A stretch of DNA of 64,000 nucleotides from an uncultured Chloroflexia bacterium (GCA_963736895.1 CAVTQU010000008.1:119920-183919), one strand, 5' to 3'; shown: positions 9,142-21,068, counted from the first letter of the stretch. Program-made: numbers and translations. Notes: generated from the sequence alone by a model not told the origin.

Positions 9142-10428
9142 TCATTTCGGCAACGGGCGCCAGTTGGCGGTGCCCGAAATCGAGATTGGCAGCGTCGCGG
9201 CCGACTCCGGATTTTCCAGCGGAATGACCACGAGGTGGTCGCAGCTATTGGCCGATCCGCCGTACAGCTCCGCACCGTCTGACGACCAATCGACCCAGCA
9301 GCTTGCAATTGATCCGAGGTCTCTGACCGCACCGTCGTAAGGCGGAAGCGAAGGGTCGAAGTCAGCCACGATCACGTCCCCGTCGGCCGAGAGAAAAGCA
9401 ATCTGCAATCCATCTGGCGATAGCGAGACGCCCCAGTCGGGCACGCCTCCGACACCGTCGGACCAAATCGAGTTGCCATGCCCTGTCCCAGCGTCAAGGA
9501 CAACCTGGCTCGGCGTGCCAAAACCCGGCTGCATGGCATATCCGATTTCCTGGTCGAAGTCAGGGTCCGGGAAGAAACGGGGTTGCGAGAAGTGAGCATC
9601 GGGCGCTATCAGGCCGGCGCGCTCCACATCGTTCGTCCCATCCGGGGTTATCGGATAAATCGTGTGCAGGTCTGTGTGGATTCCATCCTTATCGGTGGAG
9701 CGGTACACGATCGTCTGGCTGTCGGGAGACCATTCGGGCAGGTCCGCCTTGGACGGACCGCTGGTGATGGGCTCGATTGCTCCGCCGTCGGCGTCATCGT
9801 CAGCTATGAAGATCCTGGAGACACCCTGATCCTCGGCCGCGAAGGCGATCCTGGAGCTGTCGCCAGACCACGAGAAGTTGGGGACATCTGTCGCCATCAC
9901 TGCCTTGCCCTGGCTGGCCTGCACCCGTTGTGACGTCCCGTCGACCGACTCGATCATCAGCCGCCCTACACCGGCGCCCGGACCATCCAAGGCCAGGTAC
10001 GCAACGCGCGTCCCGTCCGGCGAGAACACAGGTGTCGTGGCATACGACCCGGTTGTGCTCACCTGTTTGGGGTCCGATCCGTCCGGCTGCGCGACGTAGA
10101 TCACGCCGCCGTCCGCAAAAGCGATCACGTCGTCAGATGGCGCGAGGACCAGCGGGGGATGCCAGATGCGTCCTCCAAAGGCAACGGCCAAAACCACCAG
10201 AGCGAGGAGCGTCAGGACCAGCAGCAAAGCCAGAGCGGCCTGTCGCGGAATCCGCACATCAACATCAGCAGCGGGTCCTGGCAACCACCGCTGAGGGAAG
10301 CGCCATGCAGCCTTCTGCTCGACCTTATGAACAGCCGCCAGCGCGCGGTTGCGTCCGTGCTCCGATCCCCGCTCCGGACCGTCGCCGAGCCATTGCGCGA
10401 TAACCGGGTCAAGTTGCATGTCGTTCAT
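9142..10428 (-). CDS. Membrane anti-sigma factor with periplasmic TolB-like (PD40/WD40-like) beta-propeller domain
   Basis: Short cytoplasmic N-terminus, one TM helix (ALALLLVLTLLALVVLAVAF), then repeated SPDG/WSPD blades (VFSPDGTRVAY, WSGDSSRIAF, EWSPDSQTIVY, SLSPDGLQIAF). Its ATG overlaps the stop of the upstream ECF sigma (ATGA). Confidence 0.7.
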   Translation of the reverse strand: MNDMQLDPVIAQWLGDGPERGSEHGRNRALAAVHKVEQKAAWRFPQRWLPGPAADVDVRIPRQAALALLLVLTLLALVVLAVAFGGRIWHPPLVLAPSDDVIAFADGGVIYVAQPDGSDPKQVSTTGSYATTPVFSPDGTRVAYLALDGPGAGVGRLMIESVDGTSQRVQASQGKAVMATDVPNFSWSGDSSRIAFAAEDQGVSRIFIADDDADGGAIEPITSGPSKADLPEWSPDSQTIVYRSTDKDGIHTDLHTIYPITPDGTNDVERAGLIAPDAHFSQPRFFPDPDFDQEIGYAMQPGFGTPSQVVLDAGTGHGNSIWSDGVGGVPDWGVSLSPDGLQIAFLSADGDVIVADFDPSLPPYDGAVRDLGSIASCWVDWSSDGAELYGGSANSCDHLVVIPLENPESAATLPISISGTANWRPLPK

Positions 10429-10983
10429 CGCGATCGTTCCCCGAGCGCGTCGACTGGCGCCACCGGCGTTGACTTCAGCGCGGCTCGCATCGCACGGATA
10501 CCGCGGTGCAGCCGCGAATAGACAGTTCCAATCGGTATGCCGAGTGCCTGACTCACCTCCGGTGCGGACATTCCCACGTAGTGCGTGAGAACCAGGACGG
10601 CACGTTGCTCCACAGGCAGTTGCAGGAATCCCCGCTCGAGCTCATCAACGTTCACCACCGTTGCGTAGTCGTCGGCGGGATCGCTGTGATCTGCCGAGAT
10701 ATCCGCCACCTCAACCTCGAAGCGTCGGCCCTTCCTGGATTGGTCGTGGCACGCGTTGACGAGAAGCCGGTAAATCCAGGCCTCGAATCGCTCGGGGTCT
10801 CTCAGCGAGCGGAGATCTCGCCAGCCGCGAATCAAGTGCTTCCTGGACCACGTCCTCGGCCGCATATCCGTCGCGGAGGATTCGTCGCCCGATCGCGTAC
10901 AGGCGGTCGTACATGCCGATCGCCAAAGCGTCGAAGGCGTCTCGGTCCCCTGCCTGAGCGCGCTGGACGAGATCCGTCCTCAC
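10425..10983 (-). pseudogene. ECF (sigma-70 family) RNA polymerase sigma factor, apparent single-base frameshift
   Basis: N-terminal region-2 part sits in frame 10711..10983 (VQRAQAGDRDAFDAL...AEDVVQE). C-terminal region-2/4 part sits in frame 10425..10865 (IRGWRDLRSLRDPERFEAW...GTVYSRLHRG). The break is at about 10838, where CTTGATT replaces an expected CTGATT, compared with the intact paralog at 12961..13518. Confidence 0.7.
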
Positions 10984-11062
10984 AGGTCCCCTTGGTGATA
11001 CGCGGGCCGGATGCCCCCGCCTATGAAGTATGGCGTCGAGGACAGGCCGAATCCTTCCCGGT

Positions 11063-11095
11063 CACGGAAAGGGCGCCCGGGGGGAACCGGGCGCC
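11063..11095 (-). terminator. Rho-independent terminator-like hairpin (GGGCGCCCGG-TTCCCC-CCGGGCGCCC then TTTCC)
   Basis: Perfect 10-bp inverted repeat read on the minus strand, immediately downstream of the small secreted gene 11118..11411. Confidence 0.5.
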
Positions 11096-11117
11096 CTGCA
11101 AGGAGGAGTTCTGGGCG

Positions 11118-11411
11118 TTAGACGCCAAGTTCGAACGCCGTTGCCTCCACGACGAGCGTCATCGAATCCCCGAACCAGGTGAAGCCAAACCAGGCCTCAG
11201 GTCCGTGTGCCATGGCACCCGCCACCACGCTGTTTGGATACTCCTCGTAGGTCGGCACGACCGCGTTGTAGCCGTTCGCCTGGAGGGTGTACGAACCCCA
11301 TTGCTGCGCGGCCGCAGTCGCTGGGCCGTCGGGAGCAACACAACCGGGCGTTGCCAAGAACGTGTTCAGGGCAATCAGGATCATCGAGCACATGGCTATC
11401 TCCTTTAACAA
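11118..11411 (-). CDS. Small secreted protein (about 90 aa), unknown function
   Basis: Signal peptide (MCSMILIALNTFLATPGCVA), aromatic-rich mature part. Lies between the two sigma/anti-sigma loci. Confidence 0.4.
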   Translation of the reverse strand: MLKEIAMCSMILIALNTFLATPGCVAPDGPATAAAQQWGSYTLQANGYNAVVPTYEEYPNSVVAGAMAHGPEAWFGFTWFGDSMTLVVEATAFELGV

Positions 11412-11599
11412 GGCTTGCGAGAGCAGGCTTGATAGGCATGGCGCCGTCGGGCAGTACAGGGCAGCGCCAGGCAGGTCTCGGCGAGAGCGCCAAGACGGCG
11501 GATCAAGACGTTGGGATATGGATGTCGGACGAGTGGCCGGCGGGGGCTAGCCGGGAGGTGACCTCGGGCTGGCGCGCGCGCAGTTCACCGCGGGCGAGC

Positions 11600-12960
11600 T
11601 CATGGCTGGGAAGCCTCCGGTGGCTGCGACTCCCCGGGTGGCCGGGACGCCTCCGGCTGGGATCGCCAGCTTGCAGCGCCGGTGATGATCATCGGCAGGG
11701 TTTCGGCAGCCGTGGGATTGGCGAGCGAAACCACAACGATGTGGTCGCAGGAGCCAGGCGAGCCGCCGTACAGGCTCTGGCCATCCGGTGACCATGCCAC
11801 CCAGCACTCGATCACCTTTCCGAGGTGCGGAGCATCGCCGTTGTAAGGGTGAGCAGATGAAGTGAAGCCAGAGTCGAATTCAGCAACGACCACGCCATCG
11901 TCCGTGAGCATCGCCACCAGGCTCTTGTCCGGCGACCAGGGAATTCCCTGTTCGTTGTCGCTGACGACACCGGTATCTGGCAGCGCGCCTTGAGGTCCGG
12001 TGCCCGTGTCGAGGAAAGCCTCCGTATCGGCGCCGAACCCGACATTCAGCGCATAGGAAAGGACCGTCGTCCCCACGTACGCCGGCAACATCACGGGCCC
12101 CCACAGAGGTCGTGAGATGCTGCCGTCGGCCGCGACGATTCCGGTCCTCACCACGTCGCCGGTGCCGAGGTTATCTGCCACTCCTGCGTCCGGGTGGATC
12201 TGGCGGATATCGGTGTGAAGGCCGTCGTCGTTTCTCCGTCGGTATGCGATCAGGGTCCCGTCCGCGCTCCAGTCGGGCAGGTCGGCTGACACGGAACCGT
12301 CAGTGACTGGCTCGAGCGAGCCGCCGCCAGCGGCGACGATGAACAGCTGTGCCGCTCCGTCCTTCGTGGCGGAGAAGACAAGACGAGTGCTGTCCCCGGA
12401 CCACGAGAACTGATTGGTTTCAGACGGCGTGAGAACCAGGCCGCCGCTGACGTTGATCGGCGGCGCTGAGCCGTCGAAAGGTACGACCATGAGTAGACCG
12501 TCCAGCGAGCCAGCAGCGGCGGGCGCCGTGAAGGCGATCATCTTGCCGTCAGGCGAGAAGACGGGCGTGCGGCCAAACGGAACGCCGCCACTCACCTTAC
12601 GCTGCCTCCGATCCGTCGCGCGCCGCGACGGTGATCGAGTCTTCATCCTGGATAGACGAAGACGTCACCAGATGGCCCAACTGGAAGCAGGTTGCGACGC
12701 GAGCCGACAAACGCCACCGCCAGAGCCAGCAGCAACAGAAGCGTTAGTGCCACCAGGACGCCGATGCGAGCCACGGTCGACGGTCGTCCATCCAGGCCAA
12801 CCAATGGGCTGGGCAGCCAGCGCTCCGGGAACGTCCAACCGGGCCGTTGCGACACGGACTCTGCGGCGACCAATGCGTTGGCCAAGCCCTCGCGAGGCGC
12901 GGCTTCCACATCATCGTTGAGCCAGGCCATCACCACGGGATCGAGGCGATCGCTAGTCAT
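11600..12960 (-). pseudogene. Anti-sigma factor with TolB-like beta-propeller (paralog of 9142..10428). Fused in frame to the upstream sigma and broken by about two frameshifts near 12590..12650
   Basis: The anti-sigma N-terminus (MTSDRLDPVVMAWLND...TM helix) continues in the sigma frame. The propeller (VFSPDGKMIAF, WSGDSTRLVF, DWSADGTLIAY, WSPDGQSLYG) sits in a second frame (ORF 11600..12646). A third frame supplies a DEDSITVAARDGSEAA segment. Confidence 0.6.
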
Positions 12961-13518
12961 CGAACGTTCTCCGGTACAGGTGATTCCGGCTATGTCGAGT
13001 TCTGAATTGGACAGCGCGGTGCGCATGCTGCGGACGCCGTAGTGGAGCCGCGAATAGACGGTCCCAACGGGAATGCCCAGGATCTGACCCACCTCGCTGG
13101 CCGGCAGGCCGACGTAATGAGTCAGGACCAGGACCGCGCGATGCCCTACGGGGAGCTTGAGGAAGGCTCTTTCCAGCTCGTCACGTTGTGCGACGCGCGC
13201 GTAGTCGTCTGAGGGATCAGGTCGATCAACATCGATCTCCCGCACCTCGACGGCGAAGCGACGACTGCTCCGCGACTGGTCGTGACACGAGTGGACCAGC
13301 AAGCGATGAAGCCAGGCGTCAAATCGAGCTGGGTCGCGCAGGGAGCGCATGTCTCGCCAGCTGCGGATCAGGGTTTCCTGGACAGCGTCCTCCGCCAAGT
13401 GGCTGTCCCGCAGGATGCGACGTGCGATGCCGTACAGGCGCTCATAGGCAGCTGTCGCGAGCGCCTCGAAGGCCTCCCGATCACCTGACTGAGCCCGTAC
13501 GACGAGTTCGGACGTCAC
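12961..13518 (-). CDS. ECF sigma factor (intact sigma domain); reads through in frame into the anti-sigma N-terminus
   Basis: Regions 2 and 4 complete (VVRAQSGDREAFEAL...LHYGVRSMRTA). Locus 1 has TCGCGATGA (stop overlapping the start); this locus has TCGATGA. The 2-bp difference removes the stop and fuses the sigma to the anti-sigma. Confidence 0.7.
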
Positions 13519-13563
13519 TGCCGATCCTCACGTCTGCGCGGGTATCTCCCACGCTCACTGAGT

Positions 13564-14397
13564 ATGGCGTTCGGCTCAGGCCCAATCCTTCAGGCCGTCG
13601 GAACAATGACCGCTGCGCATCTACAATCGGCCGCGATGCACGAGGCACCCGTACAACCTCAGCTCCCCGCCCTGCGGCCGCCGGATCAGCCGACCCTGTC
13701 CACGAGCGAGCCTGAGATCAAGGAGCTGTTCCGCTTCATGACCGAGGCGGAGCTGCGCGTCGAAACGCTGCGTATGCGGATCGTCGACCGGCGAACGACC
13801 ACCCACGGCGACGAGGTGGAGACGCACGACGTGTCGCTTCGTCACCCCGGGCTCGCGAAAGTGATCAGCACTCGCGGTCAACCGATGGATCACGACTACG
13901 ACGTGTGGGTTTCGGAGGGTGAGTCGGTTCACACCTACGACGCCAAGGGCAACACGGCGACCAACAGGCGACTTCCTGTTCGCCCGGTTGGGGCGGACGC
14001 TCCCGATCTGCCGTGGTTCGCCAAGATCTACGTCCCGGTGACCACTCTGCCGGCTGAAACGCTTGCCGACACGTTCGTCCACCCGAACGGCTTCTGCCGC
14101 AACGTGCTGTTGACCGGTGTCGTGACCCGCCGCGGCACGCAGGAGCTGGCCAACGGTCGCGAAGCCATCCTGCTGCGCTGCGACCATCCGCGGACCAGCC
14201 ACGTGCTTACCGACCGTCCCGACCACTGGCTGGAGGTTGGCGTCGACACGCAGACGGGCATCATCACGTTGCTGGCCGAGCACATTGGCGACCAGACGAC
14301 TCGCCACGCCGAGGCAGTAACCATGGCCATCGACGAGACGATCCCCGACGACGTGTTCCGGCTGCACATCTCGAGTGACACCCGCGTCCTCTATTGA
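13564..14397 (+). CDS. Hypothetical protein, divergent from the ECF sigma. Possibly a LolA/RseB-like fold (speculative)
   Basis: 277-aa ORF with coding composition. No motif I can name confidently. Start may be a downstream Met. Confidence 0.4.
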   Translation: MAFGSGPILQAVGTMTAAHLQSAAMHEAPVQPQLPALRPPDQPTLSTSEPEIKELFRFMTEAELRVETLRMRIVDRRTTTHGDEVETHDVSLRHPGLAKVISTRGQPMDHDYDVWVSEGESVHTYDAKGNTATNRRLPVRPVGADAPDLPWFAKIYVPVTTLPAETLADTFVHPNGFCRNVLLTGVVTRRGTQELANGREAILLRCDHPRTSHVLTDRPDHWLEVGVDTQTGIITLLAEHIGDQTTRHAEAVTMAIDETIPDDVFRLHISSDTRVLY

Positions 14398-14413
14398 GCG
14401 GGGAGGAAGCCGA

Positions 14414-15863
<1,450 letters not shown>

Positions 15864-15886
<23 letters not shown>

Positions 15887-16974
15887 GCTCTCCACTCCCC
15901 GCGCCTGAGGTCATCACAGACCTCGCTGAGGTCGAGAAGCTGCTGCCCGAGTGGCGTGAGTTGGCTGCCTCATCGGCGCGCTCGGCATTGGATGCTCCCG
16001 ATTGGTTGCTGCCACTGGCGCGCCGCTACCTGGGTAGCTACGACGTCCGCGTACTCGTCTGGCGCGACGGCAACGAACTGGTTGGGGTGGCGCCGTTCAG
16101 CATGGTCGCTGAGAAACCACCAGTACGGCCGTTGCACCAGCTCTCCCTCTGGGGAACTATTGGCCCGCGCCTGCGAGGTCTCGTAGACGTAGTTGCGCGC
16201 GATGAACGACGCGAGATGGTGCTCGACAGCTTTTGCGGCTGGCTCGATGGACGCGGTGACTGGGATCTTTTGCGGATCGTGCGACCGCAGGTGGGCTCGC
16301 CGACGCCGGCCCGAGTGAGGACAGAGGCGTCGCGCGCTGGCTGGAAATATTTCGATTACACCAATGTGCGCTCCACAACCTTCCAGCTCGATTTGCCCGA
16401 TTCAACCGAGGGCTGGGAGAAGCACCTCGGCTCGAAGTCGCGCAAGGTGATGCGCTGGGAGATGCGCAAGTTCGCGGAACATGGCAACGGCCGGCTCGAG
16501 ATGGCCACCGGCGACGAGGCCGTTCACGAGGCATTGGACGCGGTTGAGCGGCTGCTCCACGAGCGCTGGGGAGAGGGCGAGATCTACTTTGCCAACGACC
16601 CAGAGTTCAGGGGTTTCGTTCACGAAGCGGTGCCGGCAATGGTCGCGCACGACGGCGGCTGGATCACCGTTGCGCGCACTGACGAGGGCATCCAGGGCGT
16701 GCTCGTGTCGCTCACTCAGAACGGATACGCCATGGCGCTCACCATCGCCATGACGACCAACCCCGATTACAAGCCGTTCTCGCTGGGCAAGCACCTTTTC
16801 GACGCGGGCCTTGCCGAGGCCGTACGGCGCGGCTGTCGTAACTACGACTTCCTGTGGGTCGGTGGCTACAAGGAATTGTTCTGGCACGCCACGCCGCGCC
16901 ACCTCGAGAGCGCGATGGTCGGCCGCGGAATGATCGGCAAGCTGGCCGCCCGGGTGCTCGCCAGCCGCGCCTAG
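15864..16974 (+). CDS. GNAT-fold acyltransferase of the FemAB/BioF2/CelD-like (Acetyltransf_6) type; N-terminus interrupted by a probable 1-bp indel
   Basis: The frame is open and protein-like upstream of the TTG at 15961 (ITDLAEVEKLLPEWRELAASSARSALDAPDWLL), a typical family N-terminus. An ATG at 15864 joins this frame if the CCCC run at 15897..15900 is really CCC. Confidence 0.65.
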
Positions 16975-17109
16975 GCCTCGACGCCACACCAAATCGGCGC
17001 ATCGGTGCCCGCAGTCAACGGCGATGGGGCCTACACCCTCGACATGTCGCCCTACCGTCAGTGAGAATCAATCCCCCAGACGTACTAGGTCGACGCAGGA
17101 ACGGAGTAA

Positions 17110-17406
17110 GTGCCACAAGCGGTTGCCCTCGCCGTCCTGGCCCTCGCTCACTTTTTTGACTACGCCTCGTTCCTGGTAATGATCGACCGTCATGGTCTGT
17201 CGGCCGAGGCCAACCCCATCGTTGTTCAGCTGGCCAACGTATCGGGCCTGCCCGGCTTGACCCTGGCCAAGGTTGCGACCGTTGGCCTCGCCGCCCTGCT
17301 CATGGTGCTGATCGCGCCACGGCGGAAGAAGCTGGCGATGGGGCTGCTGATGTTCGGCGTCGCAGCGGGATTGCTCGGAGGCATCTCGAACATCGCGTCC
17401 ATCTGA
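17110..17406 (+). CDS. Small hydrophobic membrane protein (98 aa). Uncertain; overlaps the 3' end of the GT87-like gene on the opposite strand
   Basis: Two or three predicted TM segments. It could be an antisense artefact of a membrane-protein gene. Confidence 0.25.
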   Translation: MPQAVALAVLALAHFFDYASFLVMIDRHGLSAEANPIVVQLANVSGLPGLTLAKVATVGLAALLMVLIAPRRKKLAMGLLMFGVAAGLLGGISNIASI

Positions 17407-18654
17407 CCCTCGTCCTCGTCCGCGGTGCGTCTGCGGACCTTGTCCCGTGACGGGATCACGAGCCAGATGAACATCCCGAGCAGCAGCAGGTTGCGCACGT
17501 TCAGGATGTCCACCGCAAGCGGCTGGATCCGGCGCAGGTCGTCGAAGAGCAGCGGGTAGACGGTCGTCGTCAGGAGACAGATCGCGAGCAGCAACGCCGT
17601 CTTACGCCACGGCAGCAGCGCCCCAAACGGCAGCAGCCAGGCGACGTACTGCGGCGACAGGACCTTGTTCGCCAGCATGACCAGCAGCAGCGTCGCCAGC
17701 AGGAAGTTGATCAGGGTCATCGGCAGAACCGTGCCGTAGCGTCGCCAATCGCGGTCGAAGCTGAAGGCGAGGCAGACTGCAAGCAGCGTTCCGAGGCCGA
17801 GCATCAGGACCGCATTCGGGCCTATCAACGTGGCGTATGACCGGCGACTCAACCTCGAACGAGCCGAAGCCGAACGTCACGAGCGCTCGCGTGTGGAACA
17901 GGTTGTGCGAAAGCATCGCCAATCCTGCAACGACACTCTCGATCTCGAAGCCACGGTCTTCCTGGTAGGACAGGAATGTGAAGGCATCCCGTCCGGCGAT
18001 GAAGATCAGCAGCGCACCAAGCGCAACCATCAGTGCGGCAAAGCCGAAAACGACCATCGCCGAGCTTCGCCAGCGCCGGCCGAACGCGTAGTACGCAAAC
18101 AGCACGGGCACCAGGAATGCCGGGTACAGCTTCGTCGCGGCCCCCAGTGCCAGCGCGAAACCCGCCCAGCCCGGGCGACCCGACGCAACGGCGATGAGAG
18201 CCAGGGCGGTGAACAGGGCGGCGAAGATGTCGAAGCGCCACAACACCTGTGGTGCGGCGGCGAAGAAGAGAGCCGCGAAGGCGATGATCGATCCGTTGCG
18301 CGACAGAGCCGACCACCCGTGGCCAGCCAGCCAAGCCACGGCCGCACCAGTCGCCAGGGTGGTGCCGATGGCAAAAATGGTGAATGGAATGGTGAAAGCG
18401 CTCTCGGATGACCCGCTGACCAGGCGTGGGAAGACCAGTGGGACGAGGGCAAACGGCGGGTATTCGAGGACAAAGTCGCGGTACGGGACCAGCCCTGACG
18501 CAACCTTGTCGGCCATCTCGAAGAAGACCGACGGGCCTCCGTCGCGGGGCCGGGCAAGGGTCACGAACACTGCCATGGCCATGCCGACGACCAGCGCGGC
18601 GACGGGGAACAGACGGCCACGGACCGAGTCCGCTGTGACCGGCGCTGCGCTCAT
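17226..18654 (-). pseudogene. DUF2029/GT87-like integral-membrane glycosyltransferase (mannosyltransferase-like), apparent frameshift at about 17833
   Basis: N-terminal part (VPYRDFVLEYPPFALVPL, many TM helices) is in frame 17602..18720. C-terminal TM part (LIGPNAVLMLGLGTLLAV...) is in frame 17226..17852. Removing one C from AGGCCCG at about 17833 rejoins them. The likely start, Met-23 at 18654, overlaps the upstream stop (ATGA). The true stop may lie before 17226. Confidence 0.6.
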
Positions 18655-19034
18655 GCCGTCATGAGCAGGTAGACCCCCACGATGCCGGCCACGAACGTGA
18701 CCGCCAGCACAGCAGCCCACACGAAACGTGCGAGCCCGCGCGGCTTATCGATCGGCAGCCAGGCCCATGCGGAGCGCCAGGCACGGAGACACGCGTCGGC
18801 CGATAGCGGGATCAGCAGGCCGATCGCAATGAGAGCGGGAAAGCGGACGATGGCCGACGTGGGCGTCGCCCCGAAGTTCAGGGCCGTGATCGCGATCACG
18901 CCACACACGAGCACCACGATCGAGAGATAGATGAACCAGTCGCCAAGCACTGCCGGATTCGACTCGGGAACGCGTTGCGGCGGTTCTGGCTTCGAGCCGG
19001 CATGTCTTGGGATTTCCTGACGATCGAGATCCAC
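18651..19034 (-). CDS. Small membrane protein (3 TM helices), unknown function
   Basis: Hydrophobic segments; translationally coupled to the downstream GT87-like gene. Confidence 0.4.
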   Translation of the reverse strand: MDLDRQEIPRHAGSKPEPPQRVPESNPAVLGDWFIYLSIVVLVCGVIAITALNFGATPTSAIVRFPALIAIGLLIPLSADACLRAWRSAWAWLPIDKPRGLARFVWAAVLAVTFVAGIVGVYLLMTA

Positions 19035-19101
19035 GGCCCGAGTCTACCTAGGGTTGGCTTGGAAACCCCTGAGAGCGCCTGGGCTGACGGACGCCTTGGC
19101 C

Positions 19102-19587
19102 CTACTGGTTGGTTGGGTCTTCCTCGATCTGTCGGCGAGCCTCGGCGCGATGGTCGGCCACGGCCGTGGCGACCGCTTCGTCCGAAAGGCCCAGCATCTG
19201 CGCGGCGAGGATGGCGGCGTTCTCCGCCTGTCCGATCCCAACCGTGGCGACCGGAATGCCCTTGGGCATCTGCACGATGGAGAGCAGCGCGTCGAGGCCG
19301 CCGGCGACCTGGCCGGGCATCGGCAGTCCGATCACCGGCAGCGTGGTCTTGGAGGCCACGACACCCGGCAAATGCGCCGCGAGGCCGGCGGCGCAGATGA
19401 ATACCTGTGCTCCCCGGTTGAGTGCGTCCGCGACGTACGACTCGAGCAGGTCCGGCGCGCGATGGGCCGAGATGACGCGCAGCTCGTTCGCCACGCCCAG
19501 CTTGGTCAGGGTGTCGGCCGCTTTCTGCACAACCTCCAGGTCGGACCGGCTGCCGACGATGATCGCGACGAACCTGTTGTCTGGCAT
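19102..19587 (-). CDS. purE: N5-carboxyaminoimidazole ribonucleotide mutase
   Basis: [11 protein letters not shown]...[10 protein letters not shown]...[10 protein letters not shown]; a classic PurE of about 160 aa. ATG at 19587 (MPDNRFV); the ORF-track start at 19593 is a GTG. Confidence 0.9.
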   Translation of the reverse strand: MPDNRFVAIIVGSRSDLEVVQKAADTLTKLGVANELRVISAHRAPDLLESYVADALNRGAQVFICAAGLAAHLPGVVASKTTLPVIGLPMPGQVAGGLDALLSIVQMPKGIPVATVGIGQAENAAILAAQMLGLSDEAVATAVADHRAEARRQIEEDPTNQ

Positions 19588-19589
19588 CG

Positions 19590-20288
19590 TCACGATTGCC
19601 AGTACGGGCCGGTGAGGCCGAGAGACGCGAAGTGAGCACGCAATTGGTCAATGCCCGGACGCTCGTAGTCGATCGAGAGCTTCCGTTCGTACAGCGGCGT
19701 GCCCAACACGTGTACCTCGTCGGGCGTGAGCGAGGCCGCCGAATCAGGCGGAGCGTTCGCGGTCAGATCGGATGCGTCTCGATGTTCGGGTGAGGCAAAA
19801 AAGACCATCGTGTTGGAGCAGGTCGTGATGATGTCCTCCCACCATTGCGTCGGCTTGAGCGCAAGGTAGACGATCGTCTGCTCCGGCTCGATCTAGCGTG
19901 GCGCGGCCGTCGTTCATCTCGATGTGAATTGGCTGGCGCGCAGTGATGGCAGAACGAGTCGATCGCGATGGGCACGTCGAGCATCGAATGGAACGCAACG
20001 GCGTCCCAGGCACAGTTGGCGAAGTAGTCGCGTCCGTTGGCAGTGACTCGAAACGGCGTGGCGATCGCAGAGAACGGGAACGCCATCAGGATCCGCGCCG
20101 TGCCTTCGACGAGGGCGATGTGGCGCGCATCGGCGAGCTCTCGGAGCACGCCCGTCGTCTCAGCACGGCTCAGTCCGAACTCGACCATCAGTTCCTCAAC
20201 GACGGACGGGCTGCCCGTTTCGACGAGCTGCTCGAAGATGTGGAGGCGGACGCGCTGGCTGAGTGTCGGCTCGTTCACGGCCGGAGCG
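19590..20288 (-). pseudogene. MerB-like (organomercurial lyase family) protein, apparently frameshifted
   Basis: Core ...GRDYFANCAWDAVAFHSMLDVPIAIDSFCHHC resembles MerB (Cys/Asp catalytic dyad region: CAxD). The C-terminal continuation is split across frames (19744..20013, then 19590..19808 starting VFFASPEHRD, like MerB HFFAS). One break sits at an A6/T6 run at about 19797. Likely start is GTG at about 20288. Family assignment rests on memory of MerB. Confidence 0.45.
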
Positions 20289-20306
20289 TAGCGGTATGGT
20301 CGGGTA

Positions 20307-21032
20307 GTGAGCGACGAACGCGGACCGATTGCGCTGGTTTCGGCACTCCCCCAGGAGCTCGAGCTGCTCCGCGACGCCACTATCGAAGAGGAGGTGCTCG
20401 AGCCGGCGCCGGGCGTGCACATCTGGCAGGGAATCGCTCGATGGTCATCGGGTCGTTCTCGCCGAGGCGGGGATCGGCAAGGTCGCCGCCGCGATGCTGA
20501 CGACGGCACTCGTCCTCGCCACGAGGCCGCGCGTGCTCGTCTTCACTGGAGTCGCCGGCGGACTGGATCCCAACCTGGACGTCGGCGATGTGGTGCTCGG
20601 ATCGCGGCTCATCCAGCACGACGCGGGCGTAGCACGGGTCGGCGGATTGGAGCGCTACCAGGCCGGCCACCTGCCGTTTTTCGATCCCACGGAACGGTTC
20701 GGCTTCGAGCCGCCGGCCGAATCTGCTGCGCGCCGCGGAGAGGCCGACTGGAAGGCATCGAGCTGCAATCGATCGGTGAGGTCCCGCCGCGCATCGTCGT
20801 GGGCACGATCCTGACGGGTGACGTCTTCGTCGACTCGAAGCCGTTGCGTCACCAGCTGGCGGCCGAGTTGGGCGGGCAGGCAGTCGAGATGGAGGGTGGC
20901 GCGGTCGCCCAGGTCGCCGAACGTCTTGGCGTGCCGTTCCTGGTGGTGCGCGCCCTGTCGGATCTGGCCGGCGAGAACGCCCATTCGCCCGAGGTCTTCG
21001 AGCGCTTCCTCGATCATCGCCTCGGACAATAG
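20307..21032 (+). pseudogene. mtnN: 5'-methylthioadenosine/S-adenosylhomocysteine nucleosidase (Pfs/MtnN family), two apparent frameshifts
   Basis: N-terminus in frame 1 ([14 protein letters not shown]). Core in frame 2 of ORF 20329..20814 ([23 protein letters not shown]...[12 protein letters not shown]). C-terminus back in frame 1 ([14 protein letters not shown]...[12 protein letters not shown]). Shifts near 20445 and 20755. Confidence 0.7.
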
Positions 21033-21068
21033 CGCACGCGTCGTTCGCCACCTGTTGCCTATCCTCTA

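Noticed and set aside
10506-11408. 300-aa plus-strand ORF spanning the sigma-factor region
   Set aside because: Arg/Pro-rich, crosses two minus-strand genes and an intergenic terminator; composition typical of spurious high-GC ORFs.
12960-13518. Calling the sigma/anti-sigma in-frame fusion at locus 2 a definite natural single-polypeptide sigma-anti-sigma
   Set aside because: Given the many homopolymer and short-indel problems elsewhere in the window, and the additional frame breaks just downstream, a 2-bp sequencing or assembly error is at least as likely. Reported as a finding to verify, not as a feature type.
17110-17406. Treating the small plus-strand membrane ORF as a confident gene
   Set aside because: It is antisense to the hydrophobic C-terminal part of the GT87-like gene, so its hydrophobic translation may be a mirror artefact. 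Kept only as a low-confidence feature.
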